The translations under genes were made by a program, and so were the position numbers. 64,000 bases of DNA from Piedraia hortae CBS 480.64. Its lineage: Eukaryota. Position 1 is the first letter of the stretch, and every line of letters begins with the position of its first letter. Of the stretch, positions 14,953-25,785 are shown in pieces. The stretch covers positions 124,001 to 188,000 of the forward strand of contig MU005976.1 of assembly GCA_010093745.1 (NCBI GenBank). Reading direction: 5' to 3'. The notes under the pieces were generated by a model. It worked only from the letters and a program-made list of their open reading frames with translations, had not been told where the DNA came from and ran no database searches.

Positions 14953-15322
14953 TGTTGGATTCAAGCATCGTCGCTAGCACGTATGCGGGGCACTTGCATA
15001 GCAAGTCAGCGATACCTCCTACACTACCAGCTGCGCCCTGGGTTTTTTCCTCACAGAGGTTTGCTCTCAGCGCCATGTCATATGTGACATGGCGAATGCG
15101 CCCTGCTAGGGTACGACGTGACGTCACCAGCCCACCGGTACAGAATTTTCATTCTGAACGTCTCCTCATTTGAGATAGATAGTCATTTCACACTGTCATA
15201 TCGACACTGGTAATGAATCATATCCATCTGCATCTGTCCTGTTCCTGTTGTCGATTGCCGCCTATCGCTTCGTCCTCTTCGGCCCGCTGCGCACTCTCGC
15301 CCACGGGAGTCCGATCGCTACA
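14953..15322. mobile_element. LTR copy A (solo-LTR-like, inverted relative to copies B and C)
   Basis: TGTTGG...CTACA, 370 bp. It is the reverse complement of 16352-16712 and 20070-20430, with some indels. Flanks do not form a TSD. Confidence 0.8.
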
Positions 15323-16160
15323 ATCTTTACCTCCATAAAGGAGGGTTTCCCTGAGACGGGTCATTGTCTCGTTCATGCTTAAGGGCATGGTTCGCTGACG
15401 CTGTCCTGGCGAAGACGGTTAGACTGAGGTAGTGTGGGGAAGGTTTCGCACCTCACCTCACATAGAGATAAATATTTACATTTACCTTTTGTTCAGAGTT
15501 GAGTGCACACATTTGTCTGTGATCTACGTTCCGCTTTAGTCCTCGGGGGTTCATCCCCTCCAACACTATGTGTTGCTCCACCGTCTAGCACCTAGTAGAC
15601 TTAGACATATTCGCCCGCAGCAAATATGCAGGCTGTGCTAGCAGGTGGAGTCTATAATCTTGGCGAGGTAACTTGAGTCGGGAGGTGACTGGACTCAAGT
15701 GCTTGGAAGGAACGAAAACAAGGAATAATCAGAGTGTCTGCCTCCCCGGCCAGCCAAGTTTTATCATCTGATCTTGTGTTACCGCATCCGTGGACTCCAT
15801 TCCAGTGGGTCACAATAGAGTCGACGGTTGGGGCAAGTCGATGAAATTCTTGAGGCGAAGAGAACGACTTACTTTGCCCGCTACATCGAACAGAGTCGGT
15901 ATCTCAATGAATTCACCGTCTGTGCCTCGGTGGCTACGCGTAGATAGCTCATCATTATGTCCTCAAGTGTGGATAAGAGTTGCGCGATTTGCTTAATCAC
16001 GCAACTGGTTAAGGTCAAAAACGAGACTATAACTCAAAAGTCGTTTTCTGTGTAGCTAAGGGATCTTAACAAACAGAACTGCAAGCCTTCATTGACTTGG
16101 TACAATACCCAACAATCTTACTACCAAAGACACAAAATCATATGACCCCCTTACAAGGCA

Positions 16161-16939
16161 TCAAACGGTACTACCACCGTTGTGTTGAAGAAGATTGCCG
16201 ATGGGGACCATGATGTCAGCGTTGTTGTGGGAACCCTGGTTCGGAGGACCCATTGCGCCGACCTGCTGGCTAGTCACATTGGTTTACTTTTGTTCGGGTG
16301 AAAAGACATGGGGACGCCGTTGCCCTGCTGTACGTTAGAAGCGAGATGAGCTGTAGCGATTTGGCTCCCGTGGGTGAGAGTGCGCAGCGACCCGAAGAGG
16401 ACGGAGCGATAGACGGAACCAGGGACAGGACAGATGTAGATGTGTATGAGTTCATATTAGTGTCGATATGACAGTGTGAATGACCTGCTATGTCTATGAG
16501 GGGACGTTCAGAATGAAAATTCTGTACCGGTGGGCCGGTGACGTCACGTCGTACCCTAGCAGGGCGCATTCGCCATGTCACATATGACATGACCCCGAGG
16601 GAAAATTTCTGTGGGAAAAAAACCTAGGGTGCAGCTGGTAGTGTAGGAGGTATCGCTGACTTGCTATGCAAGTGCCCTGCATACGCGCTAGCGGCGATGC
16701 TTGAATCCAACATGAGCCAGGGACGAGACCATGACATTCGGCGCGTGGATCATCGTCTGGCCAGTTCCAAACGGGCCGTTAACAGACGGCCCTGCATGAT
16801 CTGGATAATCGTATCCCATGGAGCCATGAGGGGGAATGGTAGTCGTGTTCAAGACGTTCTGCTGATGGGCCATGTTCTGGGCAGTGTTGTGACCAACAGC
16901 CTGCGCAGCTCCGTGGGGGTTTTGATAGATAAACGCCAT
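16161..16939 (-). pseudogene. Q/N/H/G-rich low-complexity ORF interrupted by solo LTR B
   Basis: MAFIYQNPHGAAQAVGHN...VSSLAH runs into the LTR. Removing the LTR plus one TSD restores ...SLAHLASNVQQGNGVPMSFHPN, and a shifted frame then continues NVTSQQVGAMGPPNQGSH...GGSTV*. Confidence 0.45.
16352..16712. mobile_element. Solo LTR copy B with 5-bp target-site duplication TGAGC
   Basis: TGTAG...CAACA termini (TG..CA), 361 bp, flanked by TGAGC at 16347-16351 and 16713-16717. Confidence 0.9.
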
Positions 16940-18410
16940 GTTGCCTGAAGAGTTGACAAAGGCCTGATATGTTACGGTGAGGCTGTGAGTGCGCGCGGGA
17001 CGACCCGCGCCACCTAATCGCACAGTGAATTTGATACACCGACGCGTTCTGCTGGTTATTCATAGCTACGCTCGATACCGCGCGCGTATGGATGGCGCTT
17101 CTTGATTGGTTTATAGTATCATAGCTCTCCAGTAGATAGCAGTTTAAATTGTCCTCGTTATTGGGACTTATTGAACCTTTTCCCCTGAGCACCGTAACAT
17201 GATTGCCACCAGACGCCGCGTGATGCATCGCTCCATTGTTGTTAAGATGTACAGAAGCAAGTTAGCGAGAAAGGATATTACCGCCGATATTGCATTGAAA
17301 AGGTCCCCAAGGCCAACATAAAACCAAGGCTTCCACGGTTTGCGCGCACCGTGGCAATTGAAAACGACAAGCATGACTCGACAGCCTCGTCGCCAAGTTT
17401 CCCACGAATCTCAATGGTCTACACTGAACCTACGTCTTCGATAGACTAACAGAGTAACCTGCGGCATCCACCGGACGCGTGCAGGGCCGACATCTCTTGC
17501 CACCTGTCGACTCCAAAACGGTAGTGACCCGTCCCATCCAGTTTCGCGCTGCTTGGGAGATGCCTATCTTCGGCATTTGCGCCCACAATTCGAATGCCGT
17601 ATACACTCCTCAGGGGTTTAGTGCTCGCCATCAGTGAGTAGCGACTTCTTTGTTTAAGCTTTGGCCTCAAGTATTCAAAGTTGATTAGAGACGAAGCGGC
17701 ATCTGTCGCGGGGGCCAGCAGGTGATTTTGACAATCCTGTGCGATGGTAAACATTGGCAGACGGGTAGTAGCGTCCCCATGCACACGGCGATTTGATTTT
17801 GCTGTTGTTCAGGTGAGTAATTCGTTTTCCTTTGTTTTAGGGAGGCTGGGCCATTGGGGGTTTAAGTTGTGGTATGTATGTTTTTGTTACATAACTGCTG
17901 ATTGCTATGCGGATGCAACTTTCTTGGAGCACTGGTTAAAAGGAACTGGTGTTGTGTATGGCGATAGATGGATAGGTGGATTATGGACAGCACGAATTTC
18001 GTATCTCGATTGTAGCACGTTCCCGCACTCTAGTGATGTGTCCTTTCGGCTATCAGCTCTTTTCCACTACCTGATTGTCGTCATGTCTACTTCATGCTGA
18101 ACACCATCGTATAGTAACAGCCTCCTGATGTAGGTCTCTCAGCAGTAGAAGCGATACACTTACCCCAAAAGTGATTAACTTGATATTTATTTATTTGGCC
18201 AGCGTCAGGCCCTGCATCGGAGAGAGACGCCGGCATAGCCCTGTCTGGTGGTGGCCGTTACCCATAGTTCTCTACCCGTTCTGCCAACAGCTGATGATCT
18301 ATCGCTTTTGTTCCTGTGCGCATAAATGGCCAAACCCAAAAACTTTTGCCCTTATTACACCGCAACAGAAAATATCAGAGTACGTGTTGTGCAGGTCGCC
18401 GCGGAGCGAT

Positions 18411-18527
18411 CCGCAGGTGATGACCCACATCCCTGACCAGGGTTTGAGAACTCGGAAACCTTCTTGTGTAGCTCTAGATACGCATATATACGGACACGCT
18501 TGTGAGATGCCACTGCTTATTAGAACA
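18411..18527 (+). repeat. ~117-bp dispersed direct repeat, copy 1
   Basis: ccgcaggtgatgacccac...tgtagctctagatacgc...atacggacac...ctgcttattagaaca matches 20435-20552. Confidence 0.75.
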
Positions 18528-18727
18528 GTACGAGACTTTTCGACAAGAGAGCTTCCCATATGTAAGTCAACACAGCATCGATGATAAGAAAGCTCTATGG
18601 ACATAATGGTTCGTGAACTGCATAAACAACTATGCTCTGCTAGCATGAGAGACTTAGCTCACCCAATCCCATCATACCCCGAAAGCGCTTTGTACCGACA
18701 AACAGACACCCCCCCTGACCACCACTA

Positions 18728-19483
18728 TTAGTGCTGCGGGATATTTGTGCCATCCTTGAGGCGAAATGAGCGAGCAACCCCGGTGATATGGTTGTAAGCC
18801 TCCATGATATCATCCTCGGAGCTGGCACCACTGAACAGCACACTTCCGGTAGCATACACGATCACTGAGAGCTTAGCGAGTCGGTACGTCAAGCCGCTAC
18901 ACAGCTCCGGCTCAAAGAAGCACGAAGAAACATGCTCCTCCAGAGAGGCCTTCAGTGCGGTAAGATGAACACGATAACCAAGATGGGCATTCGCAACCAT
19001 GTTGGTGATCTTGAAGTCCAAGAAATACGGCTTGAATCCGATCTTTTGCATCATGCGCGCAATCTTACGCGCAGCAAGACGACAGTTCGCGCGGGACGTT
19101 GCTCCTGCAACAACCAGCATGCCATTGGTAAAGACTGACGTGCAGGATTTCGGCTCACGGAGGCGGATCCTCGCCGCAGTGAAACGTTTCGGGTTGTATT
19201 CCACATTGATGGCCTTCTCGCCCACTGTCTGGAGTTTAATGATGATGTCGAGGTCCACGGTGCCGACCACATTACTAGTAAGGATGTCGTTAGTATTGGA
19301 AGCAATACTTGGGGCCCATTGTGAGGGGAATAATTACTGCAACACGGGAGGCACAGGCTCACCCGGAACACGCGAAACGCTGGCTTCAGCAGCGAGCTTA
19401 AACAGGTACTTTTTGCCGACTGCCTTGGCGACGTCTTCGTGAGATCCGCACAAGGCGGCAGTTAGATCAGCGCGGTTGGACAT
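18728..19483 (-). CDS. Divergent TATA-binding protein paralog (TBP-related factor), 2 exons: 19483-19338 and 19274-18728, 230 aa
   Basis: Two TBP core repeats (NVVGTVDL...EYNPKRF...REPK...VFTNGMLVVAGA; FLDFKITNMV...FEPELCSGLTYR...VYATGSVLFSGA). The 63-nt intron 19337-19275 has a GTAATT donor, TACTAAC branch and TAG acceptor, and splicing gives an open frame from ATG 19483 (..PPVLH^NVVG). Confidence 0.9.
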
Positions 19484-19518
19484 GTTGAGTTGAAGTGCTT
19501 TCGGAACAGGCTGTGGTA

Positions 19519-19556
19519 GAAGAGGCAGAAGAAGCAGAGGGAGCGGGACTATATAA
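19519..19556 (-). promoter_or_regulatory. Putative core promoter of the TBP paralog (TATATA followed by a CT-rich tract)
   Basis: TATATA at 19550-19555, about 70 bp upstream of the ATG, followed on the minus strand by a pyrimidine-rich tract. Confidence 0.4.
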
Positions 19557-20069
19557 TGCGGTTACCGTGGGAGCGTCATATTGCGTCGTATCCATGGGAA
19601 TGACTCCTAAACGTGTTAAATGGGGTTTGCTCTCACGCGTTGCTATTGTTTGGCGACATGTACAGTGTGCGCGTCCTATCGTGTGAATGCCACTCATCTG
19701 TGGATTATTCATAGATGTGTGGAAATCTAGCTAGGTTACAGAGGCCTGGCATGTGGATACACTCGGCCTGGTCCACACAAGGACTGGCGTTTGAATGCAA
19801 TTTGACCCGTACGTACCTAAGTGCACTTTCCGCGCAGGGTATGATACTACGTTATCTTCCAATGTTTTACCCCCCACATAATGCCTGAATGCCCCCAAAA
19901 ATTCTTCGAAAGTGAATATACTCCTTATCACTCGCCAAAATTGTTGGCAAGGCCTACGATCACCCCTACAAAAGTTCGACAGAGACAAGCAAGATCAGTC
20001 GTGACCAAAGTGATGAAATTTGCGAGTCAATTCTCGAAACCCATGGGTACCGTGTGTGGATACCAGAGA

Positions 20070-20430
20070 TGTAGAGATCTGGCTCTCGTGGGTGAGAGTG
20101 CGCAGCGACCCGAAGAGGACGGAGCGATAGACAGAACCAGGGACAGGACAGATGTAGATGTGTATGAGTTCATATTAGTGTCGATATGACAGTGTGAATG
20201 ACCTGCTATGTCTATGAGGGGACGTTCAGAATGAAAATTCTGTACCGGTGGGCCGGTGACGTCACGTCGTACCCTAGCAGGGTGCATTCGCCATGTCACA
20301 TATGACATGGCGCTGAGGGCAAACCTCTGTGAGGAAAAAACCTAGGGCGCAGCTGGTAGTGTAGGAGGTATCGCCGACTTGCTATGCAAGTGCCCCGCAT
20401 ACGTGCTGGCGGCGATGTTTGAATCCAACA
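20070..20430. mobile_element. LTR copy C (same orientation as B), no TSD
   Basis: TGTAG...CAACA, 361 bp, near-identical to copy B. Flanks AGAGA and CTAAC differ. Confidence 0.85.
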
Positions 20431-20434
20431 CTAA

Positions 20435-20552
20435 CCGCACGTGATTGACCCACACCCCTAACCAGGGTTCGGGCACTTAAGAATTTTCTCTTGTAGCTCT
20501 AGATACGCGTGTATACGGACACACCTGAGGGGTGCCGCTGCTTATCAGAACA
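20435..20552 (+). repeat. ~117-bp dispersed direct repeat, copy 2
   Basis: Similar to 18411-18527. It begins 4 bp after LTR C. Confidence 0.75.
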
Positions 20553-20834
20553 AAGTATACAAAACACGCCGGTCTTGAGCTACATTTCTGCTGGATGGCC
20601 AGCATCAGACTGTAGACATCCGCGAGAAGCAGACAATGGTGGCCGGGTCATTTTTCCAAGGGTCACGGTGACCCCTGTCAAAAAATAATGTATACAGTTT
20701 TCTTTTGGTCCTTGCGGAAGCACGAAATACTTGGCCATGAGAATGGTGCATCGCCGTGCCGCAAGATGATGACGTATGAACGAAGCCCCGCACCAAGTTC
20801 CAATGCTTAGCAGATGATCTTCTCAGCCACAAAC

Positions 20835-21818
20835 ATGTCATTCACTGTTGCTGGTAAGCCCGTGGGCCCTATTGGGTTTGGCATGATGAGCCTCAGCAAG
20901 AACTTAAACATTGAAGAATCGTTTGCTACGCTCAAAGCAGCTCTCAATGCTGGTGCTAATCTGTGGAATGCGGGAGAGTTCTACGGAACTGCTGATAATA
21001 ACAGTCTTCACCTCCTAAACAGGTATTTTACTAAGTATCCCGAGGATACCAACAAGGTTGTTATCAGCGTCAAGGGATGCTTCAATATAGAAGGCGCCCA
21101 GGCCTTGAACGACGAAACTGGAGTAAAGGGCAGTATTGAGAACTGTCTCAGGATTTTGAATGGAAAGTGCAAAATCGCCATTTTCGAGGCTGCTCGAGGA
21201 GACCCTGATGTGCCAATCGAAACCACGGTGGGTGCCATTGCGAGATACGTCAAGGCAGGCAAGATCGGCAGCATTGGCCTAAGCGAATGCAGCGCTGCAA
21301 CGATACGCAAGGCCACCGCCGTACACCCCATCGCAGCTGTTGAAGTGGAGCTGAGCCTCTTGGAGGCAAAAGTACTCACCAATGGCGTTGCGGATGCTTG
21401 CCGGGAGCTGAAGATCCCGATTGTTGCGTATAGCCCGCTGGGTAATGGTTTCCTCTCCGGTGAGCTGAAGGAGTTCAACGATATACCCCCCGACGATCAT
21501 CGTCGATACTTTCCGCGTTTCCAGAGTCATAATTTTGACAGCAATATCAGAGTGGCTCACCAAGTGGAGATGGTGGCTAATGCCAAGGGATGTTCCATGG
21601 CCCAAGTGGCCATTGCTTGGGTGTTAGCACAAGCAAAGTTGATTGGTACGCCTGTTATCCCGATTCCGGGAACAGCCATTGCATCGGTTGTAGAGGAGAA
21701 CATGAAGCCGGCTGAGCTCACGGATGAGGATGTGTCTGGATTGTCGGATGCCGTGGCCAATATTGAGGTTAAAGGCGATCGTGCACCAGGGGCCTACAAA
21801 AAGTATTTGGTTGTCTAA
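20835..21818 (+). CDS. Aldo-keto reductase, pyridoxal reductase-like (AKR8)
   Basis: VGPIGFGMM, WNAGEFYG, VISVKG, FEAARGDP, GKIGSIGLSE, AAVEVELSL, AYSPLG, PIPG motifs. Intronless. Confidence 0.9.
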   Translation: MSFTVAGKPVGPIGFGMMSLSKNLNIEESFATLKAALNAGANLWNAGEFYGTADNNSLHLLNRYFTKYPEDTNKVVISVKGCFNIEGAQALNDETGVKGSIENCLRILNGKCKIAIFEAARGDPDVPIETTVGAIARYVKAGKIGSIGLSECSAATIRKATAVHPIAAVEVELSLLEAKVLTNGVADACRELKIPIVAYSPLGNGFLSGELKEFNDIPPDDHRRYFPRFQSHNFDSNIRVAHQVEMVANAKGCSMAQVAIAWVLAQAKLIGTPVIPIPGTAIASVVEENMKPAELTDEDVSGLSDAVANIEVKGDRAPGAYKKYLVV

Positions 21819-23137
21819 TGTACATGTGCCCATTAACAATGTTTGGGCCCAGTGTAGTTTGAAGTGCACCACGAACTTTGCTTTCGACCACTCAGCACCA
21901 TTTATCTTACTGTATGCCTGAGGATTATCCACGGGAACCGCATGTCATGATGCCTCAAGCGGCAGAACTGACGTCGGGATGCTAAGAAGCACAGGCCATA
22001 TCGCGGCCGGAGATGACGGTCGAGGCTTCCAGAGGTTTTTGCCTCAAAATGGGAAGTTTTTCTCTTGGCCCGGGTCACGGTTGCGTTCATTTTACAGCGC
22101 GTGTTCCACGACGTGGTCCCAGTGAGCCTAGATAGCGTGGGTAAACTTCTGAGCCTCACTCTTCTAAGCAGCCGCCGGGACCCGACGTCATGCAACAGTG
22201 GGGCTCTGTCCCTAAATCTTTCTCGCTGAAGGGCGCGTCGGCTTTCAGTAGCTGGAAGAGCCGCATATTGCGATCGAATGCTGACGTAGAGTGAGTAATA
22301 AAGTGCTGAACGGAATGAAAGTTTTGAATTCACCAATGTCGACTGGCTGAAAATGGGGTCATGGGCATGACATGATATCTTGCGTCATTCTGTAGCTGTC
22401 ACACGCGGGAACTCACCTCGCTCAGCTCGACGGTTTACAGACGAATGCAACGAGGCAATACCCCACTTGAGATGTGACTGCGGCTTGGGGCGATAGCACC
22501 GACACCGTAACCATGACTGGACGGGGTTTTGACAGTGAGGAAGCCTTGGATAGACGATTTTATGCCCTGCTTACAAGTTATAGGGCGGGTATGGCCTTCC
22601 CTTGTTGTGATTGAGAGGAGTGTGGGCTCAAGCGATTTGCGAATACGCAAACTTCTAGAAAGAAACAATCTGGCAGTTTATTGGTTGAAGAAGGGTTAGG
22701 AGACGTTGGATGTAACATGCTTAATGCACAAAGTGAACTGGACTATGAGGGTGGAGCTTCGACTCGACCAGTTGGAAGGAGTGAGTTAATCAGGGTGGAC
22801 AGCCAGCGTCACTATTCCAATGAACTCGAAGGGCACGACAAGTCCTTTAGAGATTATAACGGGCTTGACACTTCCCAGCATGTCGATATGAGGCGGCCTA
22901 GCTCTCGGGTCAAGCAAAGAAAATCGACCGAAGCTGAAGTTGTCAAGGAATCAACATTCCAACCCAAGTCCAAATGAAAGAAGTTAAGTCGGCGATGAGG
23001 CTGAGAGGATAAACGCGCGAGCAGGTACGCTACGATGAGCCTAACAAGAAGCTGTCAACGAATTTTATGGACCAAACCACAAAACATTCGAAAGCAGAAG
23101 TTGGTGTTAAGTCCCACGGTCAGCTTCGATCTAGCAA

Positions 23138-23869
23138 GTGCAGGCTAAGCTCCAGTACACACAACGGTCGGCAAGGTGCGGTGAGCAAGTCTTCTTTGCC
23201 AAACGCCCCGATCATGTGCCATCACCGAAACGGAAAAGAAGAGATTTGGTTGCTGATCTGACAGTCGAAGATGATTGGACTTGTTATGATCCAATAGTGA
23301 TCATGTCAGGATCTGACTCTGAGTCTGAAGTGAATAATGAGCCATGCAATGAGGATGCTGGGAAGCCCGAACTCTCTGCCGCTGAAACGGACCAACATAC
23401 CACGAGCGAGCAGGGAAGTCAAGAAAGCCATCCTGGAATGCCAGGTTCGCCCGAGTCAAGTGATCTTGCAGCCTCTGAGATGAGGAGGCTGGTTAATCTT
23501 CGCTTGGTTCAGCGACTTCCGTGATCCGCCATTCAACAGGCCTTCCTGGGTATGCCAATAACAACTCTTCTTGCACGGCTTGAAGAATTGAAACGTTCGG
23601 CAGCTAAACATAAATTACTGGACAGTATAATACTTGAGGGAAAAGATGGACTAGACGAAAAGTGGGAAAAGCTTGTCGCGAGCCTCCGATTAATATATCG
23701 TTGGACCCCGGATGGAATCAAGAAGCTTATACGCTATCGCGAGGTACAACACGTCAGCTACGATGCAATTTCAAAGCGCTTATCAGGAAGAACGTATGGG
23801 GCCGTCAAGGGCCTATATAACAGGCTCAAGAACCGAAGAGAGAGGGAAAAGATTTGGCGAAATATATAA
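23138..23869 (+). pseudogene. Myb/SANT-like helix-turn-helix protein, copy 1 (in-frame TGA at 23522-23524)
   Basis: The two ORF-track segments are in the same frame. WTPDGIKKLIRYREVQHVSYDAISKRLSGRTYGAVKGLYNRLK resembles a Myb repeat. The 5' boundary is uncertain. Confidence 0.6.
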
Positions 23870-25785
23870 TCCAAGGACAAAATGGAACTTGAGTGTGAAG
23901 AGTGACAGCTTTTCTTGTCGAAATATGGATGATGAGGGAAAGGTCCATGTGGAGCATGGGGTAAAGTTAAAAATGGGCCAAAAGAATGTCGTGAGCAGGC
24001 ATTGTGGGGTTTATAAGGAATGCAGTGAGCCTAAGAACAATCGCAATTTCACTTAGTAAGACAAGAAGAAGGTGCAAGTTGTCGCTAATCTTTTACGATG
24101 AAAACCTTCTTCACGTCAGTATCTGAGCTCCAGATACTGAAGGGAAGAAGCCATTCATGCCAGCATCAGTTGAAGTTGGCTTAACGCAGCTACGTCACAG
24201 TGGTATCATCTCGAGGCTCGTAAAGAAACTAGCAAGTCCGTACGGTGTGTTATGGACGGTTGTGGATAGCACCCAATCACGGAGCATGGTTCGCAATGGC
24301 ACATTGGCCACTACAAGCGTGAGCTAAGACTGGAGTTTTCAACCCGATCTGACCGATTCGGATCAAGGATTAAGATTGAGCCAAATCGGACCGCGTTACA
24401 TAACGAGTCTGTCTCAGGAAGACATTCTCATTTAAGTGAGAATTCTTAGAAGCCCTGCGCCTAATCGACCTTAGGCCTGTGTGTGACATCTCATAATCTT
24501 GACAAGTGCCGTCTCAGGTTGCACCAGACTGCGGGGCAGCCTTGACACAAAGGTTCTCCCTCACATCTTCCTTTCCGCATATACAAAATCACACACTTCT
24601 TGATTAATTTCACCTTTCGCCACCTCGATTAGACGTGAGTTGACTCCCTCTCGTTTTCGAAGGTATCGAGCCCAGATATTCACTCCCACTGTCATCCAAC
24701 AATTCAAGCTCTGATGGGCAATGTGATCTTCTCATGCTGTTCTCCTCACTTGCTTTCGTGTTCGGTGGCGTGGTCACGGCGAAGGCAGCTAGGCTTAGCT
24801 GTTGCATCATTGCGAACATCATCTGCACACTAATGCGCCCATCCTTCGTCGGGGTCGAGAGACTGACACCGCACATCTTACATTCACACGGTGCCAAATC
24901 AACGATGGCGCTCCTCAACTGTCAAAACATAAAAATAATCTTCCCCTTCGCCAGGAAGGGATCTTCATTCCCGCCGCAGCGGTGCACTGAGTTAGTCTTC
25001 AGTCGGCTTTGAAACCGCCGCAAACAAACTTTCCTCCGCGAGACCGAGACTGACTGTGAAAGATATAAGGGCATAAGCGCGGGGTGAGGTGCTCGTCTAG
25101 ATAATTTCTAGTATGATAATTATCAGCAAACAAATGTGGCAAGTGGCCTACTTCAAATGTGACCCTGGCTTGAAGTTATCGCACCGACACAAAAACAATG
25201 ACCTCACATAGTTTTGACGATGAAGAGGCTCTGGACAGACAACTCTATGCCATGTTTGCGAATTTTAGGGCCGGTATGCCATTTCGATGCTGTGAGAGTG
25301 AAGGGTGAAAGATCAAGAGATGTGAGAATGGACACCTCTTTGCGAAAGAGGAACTGGGAAATCCAGAGGTGAGAGAGGAACATCATGAGTTAGATGAACG
25401 TCTTGAGCGGGAATGTGAGAGTAGAGATCTGACTGATGGAGTTGAAAAAGGTGAGCTGTTGTGCAAAGTAAATGTTAAGATCTGCAAGTCATAAGAGGAA
25501 AGGGCAGGTAACCACTTCTGAGGATGACTTCATTGAGATGCTAACCATCCCCATACTTATCGATTTGCAGGATCTCAGCTCAGTGGGCAAGAAGACAGGA
25601 CTGGTGCGAAAGCAAGTACTCGGTGACAGTACACGAAGAATCGGTCAACGCTGTTCACAGGAAAAAGCACATGTCTTCACAATTCGGATTTTAAAGTCAA
25701 TTCTCGAGGCTAAGGCCATTCTAGTAAGCGCAAATTAAGCGCCAGTTCACTCGTAGGTGGGCTACATGCGGTTAGTAACGCAGCT

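Noticed and set aside
16352..20430. LTR B to LTR C as one retroelement that captured TBP
   Set aside because: B carries its own TSD on both sides, so it is a solo LTR. The outer flanks do not match, no PBS, PPT or pol is evident, and the TBP gene keeps its intron.
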